Shown here in pieces: positions 46,957 to 57,077 of a stretch of 64,000 nucleotides of DNA. Below the pieces are notes generated by a model. That model did not search any database and was not told the origin of the DNA. It saw only the letters and a program-made list of their open reading frames with translations. The stretch is from Pseudomonadota bacterium. GTDB taxonomy: Bacteria; Pseudomonadota; Alphaproteobacteria; Rhodobacterales; Rhodobacteraceae. The translations under genes were made by a program, and so were the position numbers. Within the stretch, counting starts at the first letter, position 1. Every line of letters begins with the position of its first letter. The stretch is from positions 5,311 to 69,310 of the forward strand of contig JBCCWO010000012.1 in NCBI GenBank assembly GCA_039193455.1, written 5' to 3'.

Positions 46957-47980
46957 TATCCCCGCCCCCGCCCCGCTGCCGCGTCTGTGGGCGCGGATCG
47001 ACAAGGTCTGGCTTCTGGTATTGATCATTCCGCTGGTGGTTCTGGCGCTGGATCCGCCTGCGGCCTGGCCCACGGTGCGCGATGCCGCCAATGCGTTGCT
47101 GAACACCGCGCCGTTCATTCTGTTTGCGGTCAGTGCCATTGGGTTTCTCAAGGCGACGGGGTCCGAGGCGCTGGTGGCGAAGGCGTTTCAAGGGCGCGAG
47201 ATGCGGATGATCGTGGTTACCGCGCTGGCCGGTGGGTTGTCGCCGTTTTGCTCCTGCGAGGTGATCCCATTCGTGGCGGCGCTTCTGGCGGCGGGGACAC
47301 CGCTGTCTGCGGTGATGGCCTTCTGGTTGTCGTCGCCTCTGATGGACCCGGCGATGTTTGCGATTACTGCGGGCGGGCTGGGCCTGGACTTTGCGGTTGC
47401 CAAGACGCTGTCGGCGATCAGCCTGGGGCTGATGGGCGGGTTTGCCGTCATGATGCTGAAGAACACCACGCTGTTGACCGACCCACTGCGCAAATCGGAA
47501 AAGCGCGGCTGCGGATGCGGGCCGTCGCCGTTTGAGGGCAAGCCGGTTTGGGCGTTCTGGCAGGGCAAGGACCGGCTCGCGACCTTTGGTGAGGCAGCCT
47601 GGGCGAACCTTGTGTTTCTGGGGAAATGGCTGTCGCTGGCCTACCTCTTTGAGGTTCTGATGATCCGCTATGTCCCGGCCGAGCTGGTGGCCGGCGTGGT
47701 CGGCGGCGAGGGGCTGAGCCCGATCCTGGTCGCGGCCACGGTAGGGGCGCCCGCTTATCTGAACGGCTATGCCGCCGTTCCGCTGCTGGCCGGGTTGGTG
47801 GAACAGGGGATGAGCCAGGGCGCGGCCATGGCCTTTGTGATGGCGGGCGGCGTCAGTTCGATCCCCGCGGCGGTGGCGGTCTGGGCGCTGGTGAAACCGC
47901 GGATCTTTGCGGCCTATATCACCCTGGGCTTTCTGGGCGCCGTTTTTGCGGGCATCGGGTGGAGCGTGTTCGTCGCCTGA
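46949..47980 (+). CDS. Permease (DUF318/ArsP-like family)
   Basis: Polytopic protein with SPFCSCEVIP motif. ATG 46949 overlaps the arsR stop (ATGGCTGA). Confidence 0.7.
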   Translation: MADIPAPAPLPRLWARIDKVWLLVLIIPLVVLALDPPAAWPTVRDAANALLNTAPFILFAVSAIGFLKATGSEALVAKAFQGREMRMIVVTALAGGLSPFCSCEVIPFVAALLAAGTPLSAVMAFWLSSPLMDPAMFAITAGGLGLDFAVAKTLSAISLGLMGGFAVMMLKNTTLLTDPLRKSEKRGCGCGPSPFEGKPVWAFWQGKDRLATFGEAAWANLVFLGKWLSLAYLFEVLMIRYVPAELVAGVVGGEGLSPILVAATVGAPAYLNGYAAVPLLAGLVEQGMSQGAAMAFVMAGGVSSIPAAVAVWALVKPRIFAAYITLGFLGAVFAGIGWSVFVA

Positions 47981-48136
47981 CGCCCGTGGCACCGCCATAT
48001 CGGCAAGAATCGGAAGGCACTGGCGGCGTTGCGCCCAAAAAAGGGCCCTGCCGCCGCTGGTATTGCGTTAAAACCGTGCTATGACCGATCCTTAACAGTG
48101 CTTGTCTAAAAGAGCACGGTGCGGCCGGGCAGGTCC

Positions 48137-48796
48137 ATGATCGAGTTTGAGAACGTCAGCAAGTCCTTCTGGACTGGGACGCAGCGCAAGGTGATCCTTG
48201 ATCGCGCCTCTTTTCGTGTGGAGCAAGGGAACTCGCTTGGGATCCTGGCGCCGAACGGCACCGGGAAGACAACCGTCATCAACATGATGGCCGGGCTGGA
48301 GAAACCCGACGAAGGCCGGATTACGCGCACCAGCCGTATCTCATTTCCGCTGGGCTTTATGGGCGGGGTGATCGGCAAGCTGTCGGCGCAGGAAAACTGC
48401 CGCTTTATCGCCGGGCTTTATGGGATCGATCCCGACTACCTTGAGGCGTTCTGCCGCTGGCTTGCGAATATCGACGAATACTTTGAGATGCCGGTGGCGA
48501 CCTATTCGGCGGGGATGCGGGCGCGCCTGTCCTTTGCGCTGCTTCTGGCGCTCGATTTCGACTTCTACCTGATCGACGAAGGCATGCCCGCCGCCACCGA
48601 TGCCGAGTTCAATCGCAAGGCGGGGACAATCCTGCGCGAACGCCTTGAAAAAGCCACAGTGGTGATTGTGTCTCATCAGGCCGAAACGCTTGAGAAATTC
48701 TGTCGTTCCGCAGCCGTTCTGTTGAACGGGCAACTGTACATGTTCGACACGCTGGAAGAGGCGAAACAGCTCTATGACTACGAAACCCAAAGCTAA
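48137..48796 (+). CDS. kpsT: Capsular polysaccharide export ABC transporter ATP-binding protein (KpsT-like)
   Basis: Walker A APNGTGKTT, signature YSAGMRARL, Walker B YLIDEG. Confidence 0.75.
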   Translation: MIEFENVSKSFWTGTQRKVILDRASFRVEQGNSLGILAPNGTGKTTVINMMAGLEKPDEGRITRTSRISFPLGFMGGVIGKLSAQENCRFIAGLYGIDPDYLEAFCRWLANIDEYFEMPVATYSAGMRARLSFALLLALDFDFYLIDEGMPAATDAEFNRKAGTILRERLEKATVVIVSHQAETLEKFCRSAAVLLNGQLYMFDTLEEAKQLYDYETQS

Positions 48797-50402
48797 GCGT
48801 TTCCGCATCCGCCGGAGCAGCGCGGGCACCGCGGCCGAGGGCGCGCCCACTCCGTCGGGTGCAACGCCGCCGCCCGCCAGCGAATCCAAAACACGGGTCG
48901 AAGACGGCTTTGGTTCTAAGCCCTTTCCCACATCCGCCGCCGCACAGGCCGCGCCGAGCGATGAGGCGGTGGCCGCCGACATCGCCGCCATCCGCAAAGA
49001 AGGGTTGACCGGGCGGCAGCTGCGCATGGCGCGGCGGCTGGCGCATAAGCACGGCATGGCGCCGACGTCGGATTTCGACGCGGTGCGCCTGCTGCGCAAG
49101 GCAGGGATCGATCCGTTCGAGCGGGCCAATATGCTGGAGCTTGTGGTCGTCGATCCCGCCGCCAAGGCCGGAACGGGGGCTGCAGCGCCTGTGCCCGCGC
49201 CTGCGACGACACCGGGGCGCGAGATTTCGACCGAAGTGCGCCCACCCGAGTCGCGCCATGTGCGCGAGGTGGCCGAGATCCAGCGCGACATTGCGCGCCG
49301 CCGCCGTCGTCGCATGGTGGCCTTGGCCATCAAGCTTGTGGGGTTCGTGCTGCTGCCCACGGTTCTTGTGGGCTTTTACTATACCCAGATCGCGACACCG
49401 ATGTACGCGACCAAATCCGAGTTCGTAATTCAGCAGGCCGACAATCCCGGCGGCGCCGGCATGGGCGGGCTGTTGTCGGGGACGGGGCTGGCCACCAGCC
49501 AGGATTCGATCACCGTCCAAAGCTATTTGCAGTCGCGCGAGGCGTTGATCCGCCTGGACGAAGACCAGGGCTATCGGGCCCATTTCTCGGACCCTAACAT
49601 CGACGTGATCCAGCGGCTGGATGCCGATGCAACGCGCGAAGATGCCTATAAGCTGTTCCGCAAGAACATAAAAATCGGCTACGATCCGACCGAGGGGATC
49701 GTGCGGATGGAGGTCATCGCGGCCGATCCCGAGACGAGCGCTGCGTTTTCCCGCGCGCTTATCGGCTATGCCGAAGAGCAGGTGGATAACCTGACCCAGC
49801 GGCTGCGGGCAGACCAGATGCAGGGCGCGAACGCGACCTTTGCCGAGGCCGAGGCCAACATGGTCGCCGCGCAGCAAAAGGTGCTGGATCTGCAGACCCA
49901 GTTGGGCGTGCTGGACGCCGCGGGCGAAACCTCGTCCCTGATGGGCCAGATCACCACGTTCGAGACCGAGATGGTGGAAAAACGGCTGCAGTTGCAGCAG
50001 CTTCTCGACAATCCGCAGCCAAATCAGGCGCGGGTGTCGGGGCTGGAGGGTGATATCGAACGCCTGCAGGACGTCGTGGCCGAGCTGCGCGCGCAGCTGA
50101 CGGCGGGGTCTGAAGGCGGCGGGTCGCTTGCGTCGATCACCAGCCAGATGCGGATGGCCGAGGTCGATCTGGAGACCCGCACGCTAATGATGCAGGAATC
50201 GTTGCAGGCGCTGGAGACCGCGCGGACCGAGGCGAACCGGCAGGTGCGCTATCTGTCGACCGGGGTGAACCCGGTACCGCCGGACGAGCCGACCTATCCG
50301 CGCGCCTTTGAGAACACGATCCTGGCGTTCTTGATCTTTTCAGGGATCTATCTGATGTGCGCGCTGACAGCGTCGATCCTGCGCGAGCAGCTGTCGGGGT
50401 AA
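48774..50402 (+). CDS. Capsule export inner-membrane protein (KpsE/chain-length-determinant-like) with long N-terminal extension
   Basis: TM segment, periplasmic coiled-coil region, C-terminal TM. Overlaps kpsT by 23 nt. Confidence 0.65.
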   Translation: MTTKPKAKRFRIRRSSAGTAAEGAPTPSGATPPPASESKTRVEDGFGSKPFPTSAAAQAAPSDEAVAADIAAIRKEGLTGRQLRMARRLAHKHGMAPTSDFDAVRLLRKAGIDPFERANMLELVVVDPAAKAGTGAAAPVPAPATTPGREISTEVRPPESRHVREVAEIQRDIARRRRRRMVALAIKLVGFVLLPTVLVGFYYTQIATPMYATKSEFVIQQADNPGGAGMGGLLSGTGLATSQDSITVQSYLQSREALIRLDEDQGYRAHFSDPNIDVIQRLDADATREDAYKLFRKNIKIGYDPTEGIVRMEVIAADPETSAAFSRALIGYAEEQVDNLTQRLRADQMQGANATFAEAEANMVAAQQKVLDLQTQLGVLDAAGETSSLMGQITTFETEMVEKRLQLQQLLDNPQPNQARVSGLEGDIERLQDVVAELRAQLTAGSEGGGSLASITSQMRMAEVDLETRTLMMQESLQALETARTEANRQVRYLSTGVNPVPPDEPTYPRAFENTILAFLIFSGIYLMCALTASILREQLSG

Positions 50403-50478
50403 GGCATTTGGCCCTGCCCTGCCCCTTTCCCGAGGGGAGGGCGTTGGAACTAGCTCGCCAGGGTTACGTCCCCAGGGG

Positions 50479-51405
50479 TTAGGCCGGGGGCTCGGTCATC
50501 AGCGCACCCCGCAGCACACCGCCCGCTGCAGTGAGACGCGCGCGCGCCGCATCGGCGCTCAGCTCTGCCGTGTGCATAACGATGGCGGTCTTCACGTCAT
50601 CATCGGCCTCGGCCAAAAGCTGCGCGGCCGCGTCACCGGGCAGTCCGGTGACCGTGCACAGGATGCCCAGCGCGCGGGCGCGGAGTTTTTCGTTCGAAAC
50701 CGCCACATCGACCATCAGGTTCCGATAGGTCTTGCCGATCCGGATCATTGCCGCCGTGCTGATCATGTTCAGCACCATCTTTTGCGCCGTGCCGGATTTC
50801 ATCCGGGTCGAGCCGGTCAGCACTTCGGGGCCCACCTCTGGCGCGATCGAGATATCGGCGTGCTCGGCCAGTTCTGGCGCGGGGACACAGGTGAGCGCCA
50901 CGGTGCGCGCGCCGATGGAGCGGGCATATCGCAGCGCGCCGATGACATAGGGGGTGCGCCCGCTGGCGGTGAGGCCCAGAACCACATCCGCCGCGGTGAC
51001 ATTTGCGGTCTGAAGGTCGCGCGCGCCTTGACGGGCATTGTCTTCCGCGCCCTCGACCGCGGTGCGCAGCGCAGTTTCGCCGCCTGCAATGAGGCCCACG
51101 ACCATAGCGGGCGGGACCGAGAAGGTCGGCGGGCATTCGGACGCGTCAAGCACGCCGAGCCGCCCGCTGGTGCCGGCGCCGATATAGACCAGCCGCCCGC
51201 CCTGACGGAAGGCCGCGACGGCGGCGTCCACCGCGCGGGCAATCTGCGGCAACTCGAGGCGAACGGCGGCGGCGACGCGCGCATCCTCATCATTGATGCG
51301 GGCCAGCAGGTCCGTTGTGGCAAGCGTGTCGATATCGCCGGTGCGCGGGTTGCGCTGTTCCGAGGCGAGGCGGTTCAGATCGTCGACTGTGAAGGCGCGT
51401 GACAT
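50479..51405 (-). CDS. murQ: N-acetylmuramic acid 6-phosphate etherase
   Basis: SIS domain with EQRNPRT and YIGAGTSGRLG motifs. Confidence 0.9.
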   Translation of the reverse strand: MSRAFTVDDLNRLASEQRNPRTGDIDTLATTDLLARINDEDARVAAAVRLELPQIARAVDAAVAAFRQGGRLVYIGAGTSGRLGVLDASECPPTFSVPPAMVVGLIAGGETALRTAVEGAEDNARQGARDLQTANVTAADVVLGLTASGRTPYVIGALRYARSIGARTVALTCVPAPELAEHADISIAPEVGPEVLTGSTRMKSGTAQKMVLNMISTAAMIRIGKTYRNLMVDVAVSNEKLRARALGILCTVTGLPGDAAAQLLAEADDDVKTAIVMHTAELSADAARARLTAAGGVLRGALMTEPPA

Positions 51406-51646
51406 CGACTTGAGTGTATACGCGCCGCCGATGACGCCGAAATGACAGGTGGCGGAGGTGGGGTGGTTTTGTGAGTATGCGGAAACAATGACGGTCGATT
51501 GGGTTTGATTGTTGCTCTATAGGAGAAACCTCAGAATGGGGGTGGCGTCTGGGTGCGAGGCGTTTGATTGAGCCGTGCAGGGTGTTGGCCTAGGGTCACG
51601 CTATGACAGCACTCACATTGACGCCGCCTCGGCGGACCGGCGCGGC

Positions 51647-52063
51647 ATGATCTCTTACGTCTCTGTCGGCGCGGATGACATTGCGCGCGCGAAGCGGTTC
51701 TACGACGCATTTCTGCCCGCCCTCGGATTTGGGCTGGAGGAAGGCCCCGAGGGGCTGAGCTATGCGCTGCCCGAAGCACCGGGCAATGGTCCCGCGCTGC
51801 CTGAGTTTTACGTCAAACCGCCCTATGATGGGCAGGCCGCCACGGTTGGGAACGGGACGATGGTTGCCTTTGAGGCGCGCAATCAGAACGAGGTGCGCGC
51901 GCTGCACGCCGCCGCGCTTTTGGCCGGCGGCACGGATGAGGGCGCGCCCGGGTTTCGGGCGGCCTATGGGCCGCGGTTTTATGTGGGGTATCTGCGCGAT
52001 CCGCAGGGCAACAAGATCGCTTTGTTTTCAAGCAATCCCGACGATCCCGGGCGCGACGGATAG
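51647..52063 (+). CDS. VOC (glyoxalase/bleomycin resistance) family protein
   Basis: 138 aa starting at ATG 51647 with the typical MISYVSVG...RFYD start. Confidence 0.75.
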   Translation: MISYVSVGADDIARAKRFYDAFLPALGFGLEEGPEGLSYALPEAPGNGPALPEFYVKPPYDGQAATVGNGTMVAFEARNQNEVRALHAAALLAGGTDEGAPGFRAAYGPRFYVGYLRDPQGNKIALFSSNPDDPGRDG

Positions 52064-52073
52064 CGGGCGCCCC

Positions 52074-54167
52074 CTATCTGTCCGGGGCCGCGGCACGATC
52101 GAACCGCATCGGAGGCTGGCGCCTTTTCCGCGACGGGAGCCATTGCGGTGCGGGCGGCCTGCCACGCTCGGCCTTTGCTTTCGGCAGCGAGGCGAGCCAG
52201 GCCTGCAACTCTGGCAGCGCCATTGGGGCGCCGATCTGATAGCCTTGCACGACCTCAACGCCCAGTTGCTGCAAACGTTCGAGATGTGTGGCGGTTTCGG
52301 CGCCTTCGGCATAGACGCTGACGCCAAGCCCATGGCCCATCGCAATCGCGGCGGTGAGGATCTTGTGGATGCGGGGATCGCCCAGTTGGCGCACCAGCGA
52401 CTTGTCGATCTTAAGGATCGACCCGCCGATCGCTGCGACACTTTCAAGCGACGAGTAGCCGGTGCCAAAGTCATCGATCGCAACCTGAAAGCCCTGCCGC
52501 ATCAGCCTTTGCACCGTGGCGATGGCTTCGTCCCGGCCGGTGTCGAGAACCACGCTTTCAAGGACCTCGACGGTAAAATCCTCGGGCGGAAGAAAGTGCT
52601 CTTTGACGATTTCCGAAAACGTTGTGCTGAACGTGGGGTCCCGCAGCAGCGTACCCGAGACGTTGACCGCCATCCGTTCGATGAACAGGCCCTGTTTGCG
52701 CAGATGGCGCAGCGCCTCGACCGTGCGCAGGATGATCTGGCCATCCAGCAGATCTGATTTGGAGGCCTGTTCGATCTGGTCCATGAAATGGGCCGGTTCG
52801 ATCAGGCCAAGCTTGGGATGGTGCCACCGGGCCAGCGCTTCGAGCCCCACCACGCGCCCGGTCGCTAGATCGATCTGGGGTTGAAAGAACGCCTCAAATT
52901 CAAGCTCCTGCAAACCGCGGGTGATTTCATTTGCCCATTGATTGCGGGCCTCGGCCTCTTCGCGCATGGACGCACGGAACCCCGTTGCGATCCCTTTTCC
53001 CGATTTCTTGGAGGCATAAAGCGCGATATCGGCATTGGCGATCAGCACGTCGATATTGCGGCAAAGCTCGGTGCCAAAGGCGATGCCGACGCTGACGCCG
53101 ACGCGAACGTCCGTGGAATTGGCATCCCGCAGAGCCACAGGGATCGGTTTCGACAGGTCGTCAATCAGATGGTCAGCGAGCCATTCGGCCACGGTCGCCG
53201 TCGCGCCAGGGTCCAACACGCCGAAGGCCAGAAACTCGTCGCCCCCCTGCCGCGCCAGTTCAAAGGTGGACAGGTCCGGACTTGCCGCAAAGATGCGGCG
53301 CAGATCATCCGCGACCGAGCGCAGCACCGCATCGCCGACCGGGTGGCCCAGCGTGTCGTTGACCTGTTTGAAGCCATCGAGGTCAAGCGCGAGGATGAAC
53401 ACACGCTCAAGCTCGTGTTGGTGTTGGTCGAGGAGCATTTGTGTCTGGGCGATGAAGTGGCGCCGGTTCGACAGGCGCGTCAACGGGTCGATCTCGGCCA
53501 GCGACTGCAACCGGCGGATCATGCCGGACAGCTGCCGATGCGCGGGCACAAAGACGAACACCGCCTGGAGGCCGACGACCAGCAAGACGACGAGCATGGC
53601 GCCTTTCTGAAAGTACTTCTGATGCTCAGAGCGGCTGTTCGCAGCGTCTTCGAACAGCATCACGGCCCCGTTCAAGGCGCCGAGCAAGTCGAAAAACGCA
53701 CGGTCTTCGGCGTCTTGCATCAGCGCTGGCGGCGCGGGCCCCCGCGTTTGAGCGTCCGCAATTTGCGAGACGATCGAAATGAACTCGGTCGTTCGCGCGT
53801 CAAGCTGGGCCCCGTCCTCGCCCCGGTAATGCTCCCAAACCGGGGTGTCGGGCTGGAGCTGGCTGAGAAGCCAATTGTGGCTTTCCGTAAAGTCGCCGAG
53901 GCTTTCAACGAGGATACCCCGGTATCGTGGGTCCTGCGTTTCATCGTACCTGACCGCGGCAAGGACGATCCGCTGCGACAGCATCCGTTGCCGCCCGCTG
54001 ACATTCAGGAGCTCCTCGTCAAGCCCGCCCTGGCGCGTGTAGTTCAGGCTGACCGTCAGGCTTGCCAGAATCGCAGCAACGGTGACCACAAGGGCCACAA
54101 GGAACCTCAGGAAGATCTTTTGTGGAGAAATGCGGTGCTGACGTCGCTTTCCCATAACACTGCTCAC
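52074..54167 (-). CDS. Diguanylate cyclase/phosphodiesterase (PilJ/NarX-type sensor N-terminus, GGDEF, EAL)
   Basis: NVSGRQRMLSQRI sensor motif, TM, RQGGDEF and EALARW. Confidence 0.9.
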   Translation of the reverse strand: MSSVMGKRRQHRISPQKIFLRFLVALVVTVAAILASLTVSLNYTRQGGLDEELLNVSGRQRMLSQRIVLAAVRYDETQDPRYRGILVESLGDFTESHNWLLSQLQPDTPVWEHYRGEDGAQLDARTTEFISIVSQIADAQTRGPAPPALMQDAEDRAFFDLLGALNGAVMLFEDAANSRSEHQKYFQKGAMLVVLLVVGLQAVFVFVPAHRQLSGMIRRLQSLAEIDPLTRLSNRRHFIAQTQMLLDQHQHELERVFILALDLDGFKQVNDTLGHPVGDAVLRSVADDLRRIFAASPDLSTFELARQGGDEFLAFGVLDPGATATVAEWLADHLIDDLSKPIPVALRDANSTDVRVGVSVGIAFGTELCRNIDVLIANADIALYASKKSGKGIATGFRASMREEAEARNQWANEITRGLQELEFEAFFQPQIDLATGRVVGLEALARWHHPKLGLIEPAHFMDQIEQASKSDLLDGQIILRTVEALRHLRKQGLFIERMAVNVSGTLLRDPTFSTTFSEIVKEHFLPPEDFTVEVLESVVLDTGRDEAIATVQRLMRQGFQVAIDDFGTGYSSLESVAAIGGSILKIDKSLVRQLGDPRIHKILTAAIAMGHGLGVSVYAEGAETATHLERLQQLGVEVVQGYQIGAPMALPELQAWLASLPKAKAERGRPPAPQWLPSRKRRQPPMRFDRAAAPDR

Positions 54168-54339
54168 GCTGCTCGCACCCTTAGGCCATTTCGCAGGCTC
54201 CTTTTGCCGAACGAGACGCTAAGAATTCGCAAACTTTGCACCGCTTCGGGCTAAGACGCGGGCGCGAAACGCCAAAAAGCGTGACAGCTATTGGCGTGAC
54301 CACGCCATGGGCGAGCTGAGCAATGGGCCCCGCGCAGAC

Positions 54340-54903
54340 CTACATTTGCGGGATTTTGCGCCCCTCTGCCGTGGCGGTGGCGGCTTCGGCCACGCGTTTC
54401 GCGCGGGTGGCCGGCGTCTTGGCAAGCTTGATCCAGCGCAGGACGTTCCGGCGATAGGATGGGGCATACCCCTCCCAATCGCCTGCGGTCAGCGCGGCGC
54501 GCAAATCGTCGGGGACGATGAGCGCATCCACATCGTCCAGAAAGCTCCATGATCCGTTGGCCTTGGCCGCCGCGATGGCGGCGCGGCCCGCATCCGTCAT
54601 TCGGCCCTCGGCTTCGAGCCGGGCGGCGCGGATCTTGTAGGTTTTTGACCAGTGCTGAACTTTACGCGGTGCGATGAGCTGCATCGTGCGATCATCGTCA
54701 AGCTTGCGGCGAATCCCGTCGATCCAGCCAAAGCAGAGCAGTTCGTCGAGCACGGCGCCGGTGGAGACGTATTTCTCGGGATTGGTCTTTTTCCATGTGA
54801 TGAGCCAGACGCTGGCCGCCTGCGCGTGGTTGGCCGTGAGCCAGACGCGCAGGTCATCTGCCGACGCGATCTCAACCGTCTCGAAACTGTCGGTCTGAAG
54901 CAC
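54340..54903 (-). CDS. YdeI/OmpD-associated family protein
   Basis: WLxxNH...WLITWKK...GWIDG pattern. 187 aa. Confidence 0.65.
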   Translation of the reverse strand: MLQTDSFETVEIASADDLRVWLTANHAQAASVWLITWKKTNPEKYVSTGAVLDELLCFGWIDGIRRKLDDDRTMQLIAPRKVQHWSKTYKIRAARLEAEGRMTDAGRAAIAAAKANGSWSFLDDVDALIVPDDLRAALTAGDWEGYAPSYRRNVLRWIKLAKTPATRAKRVAEAATATAEGRKIPQM

Positions 54904-54929
54904 AGCACCCCCGGCGGGGCGCTCTGCCC

Positions 54930-55310
54930 CTATGCGCGCATCAACATAGGCCCAAGCGGGCGCCCGGCGAGGATGTGGACGTGGAGGTGCGGAACCTCTT
55001 GCACCGCATCATCGCCCGCATTTGACAGGGTACGATACCCGGCACCGCCCTCACCGGGTTGCACACCCAGCATCTTGCAAACCTCGCCGATGGCGCGGGT
55101 GTAGTCGACGATCTCTTCCGGGCTGGCTTCCAGCGCGAAGTGATCAAAGGTCACGTACGGGCCCTTGGGGATCACCAGCACATGGGTCGGCGATTGCGGA
55201 CGGATGTCGTTGAAGGCCAGCGAATGCTCGGTCTCGTAAATCGGCTCGTTGGGGATCTCGCCACGCAGGATTTTGGCGAAGATGTTCTGATCGTCATAGG
55301 CATAGGCCAT
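54930..55310 (-). CDS. HIT family protein
   Basis: Histidine triad HLHVHILAG. Confidence 0.9.
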   Translation of the reverse strand: MAYAYDDQNIFAKILRGEIPNEPIYETEHSLAFNDIRPQSPTHVLVIPKGPYVTFDHFALEASPEEIVDYTRAIGEVCKMLGVQPGEGGAGYRTLSNAGDDAVQEVPHLHVHILAGRPLGPMLMRA

Positions 55311-55321
55311 GGGCGGGGTCC

Positions 55322-56899
55322 TTAGTCCTGGAACAGGTAATCGGTCTCGGCGATTTCCATGGCACGGTTTTCGGGGATGGAAAAGAAGGCGGCCAGTTCG
55401 GGCGCGTTTTCCTGCGGTTCGGCCACTTCGCGGATGCGGTGGTAGTTTGGGAAACGCTCATCCCGCATCCGATCGCTTTCAAAGATCACGTCGTTGCGGA
55501 TCGTCGGCAAAAGCTGTTCGACCTTGTCGGACGGGGTGTCGGGCCCCGCCAGACCCACGCGGCGGGCATGGCCGATCAGATAGGTGTCCGAGAAGTTGCA
55601 GGCGACCTCCAACAGCTTGGTCTGGCTGCGGTCGGCGTAGAAGTCGCGCAGCAGATCAATGTTGGCGGGGTCCATGCAGACCACGAGGCGGTCGGTCTCA
55701 TAGTAATCAAAGAGCATCCGCATCAAGGCCCGCCGGTGGCGCGCGCGCTTGGCCAATGTTGCCTGGATCCCGCCCAGATCCGGTAGCGGGGTGGATTCTT
55801 CGTCAAACAGATACTCGACGGTCGGGACATTGGAGTGAAAGCTGACCTGATCGAGCAAACGCTTGGCCACATGCCATTTCTTGCAGGCCACAATCATCAA
55901 CTCGCGCTCGCGACCGAGCGAGGATTCCTTTTCCCAGAACCGTGGCGCAAACCGTCGTCCATTGCGCCCGCGCTGGGTGAGAAAGTCATAAAGCTTGGCC
56001 CCCTCGTTCGAGAGCTGAATGTCCCTGCCCTGGCTGACATAGAGTTCCCCCAGGCGCCGTTTCAGTTCATCCGCCTCGGGCGAGATTTTGCGGGCGAACA
56101 GGAAATCCTGCGCAACCAGCATCTCGTAATGGTCGTTGTAGAACTGCACGGGGATGCCGTAGTCCGAGAACATCAGGAAAGTCAGCGTGCGCGAGCGGAT
56201 TTCACCCGAAGGGACCAGATGGCGTACCAAGGTCTGAAAAAACGTCTCATCCGGGATCCAGGTGGTGCGGAAGAAGCGCATGACGTCGCGGCGCTTGGCG
56301 GTGAAGTCGAGGATTGCCTCGATCGTGCGGCGCCGCAGGCACCACCACTGGCTGCCGATCATGATCCGCAAGTCATCGGGGATCGGGCGCGCCAGCCCAA
56401 GCTTTTTCTGCCACCGCATCGAGGCGTAAAACAGATCCTTATGCGCGCGTTCGTTGAACCAGTGGCGATAGATCAGGCGTTCTTCCTTGATCCCGGTCTT
56501 GATCCAGTCGCTGTCGAAGAAATCGAAGCTTTCGATGAAGTCGGCGTCTTCGCGATCAAGATAGGCGTGGACGTATTCCGCCGGTTTGATCGCCATGCAA
56601 TCGCCTGAAAGCATGTAGAAATGCGTGGCGTCCGGGAACGCATCGACCGCCGCCTCGACGGCGTTGAGCGTCGCGCGCACAAGGCTCCATTCCCCCCAGC
56701 CGCAGCGGACGCGGCGTTTGGCGAAAGTGACGCGCGGGTTTTCGGCCAGGGCCGAAGTGATCTTTTCGTAATCCGCTTTGCGGGCAGAGGCGTCAAAGTG
56801 GATCGCCATGCAATCGCCAGCCCGCGTCAGCCGCCGCGCCTGATGGATGATCGCGGTGGGGTCTTTGTGACACAAAAGGACGAAGGCGATCTTTGCCAT
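55322..56899 (-). CDS. Core-2/I-branching (GT14-like) glycosyltransferase with uncharacterised C-terminal domain
   Basis: N-terminal IAFVLLCHKD...HFDA...FYMLSGDCMAIK resembles the Branch/xylosyltransferase fold. By-eye assignment. Confidence 0.6.
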   Translation of the reverse strand: MAKIAFVLLCHKDPTAIIHQARRLTRAGDCMAIHFDASARKADYEKITSALAENPRVTFAKRRVRCGWGEWSLVRATLNAVEAAVDAFPDATHFYMLSGDCMAIKPAEYVHAYLDREDADFIESFDFFDSDWIKTGIKEERLIYRHWFNERAHKDLFYASMRWQKKLGLARPIPDDLRIMIGSQWWCLRRRTIEAILDFTAKRRDVMRFFRTTWIPDETFFQTLVRHLVPSGEIRSRTLTFLMFSDYGIPVQFYNDHYEMLVAQDFLFARKISPEADELKRRLGELYVSQGRDIQLSNEGAKLYDFLTQRGRNGRRFAPRFWEKESSLGRERELMIVACKKWHVAKRLLDQVSFHSNVPTVEYLFDEESTPLPDLGGIQATLAKRARHRRALMRMLFDYYETDRLVVCMDPANIDLLRDFYADRSQTKLLEVACNFSDTYLIGHARRVGLAGPDTPSDKVEQLLPTIRNDVIFESDRMRDERFPNYHRIREVAEPQENAPELAAFFSIPENRAMEIAETDYLFQD

Positions 56900-57077
56900 T
56901 CTGGCGCTTGTGCGCCCCCCTCTATCGGCTTGTTGCTGCTCTTAAGAGTGTTATCGTGAAGGTCGATTGAAGAGACAACCGTTTCTTGATGTTTTGACGG
57001 CCATGGGCGGGAACCCGGCGATACAGCCAGGACGGGCCGGCGGTTTGGGGGCGAGCATGGGGTTTCCCGGCACCTGG

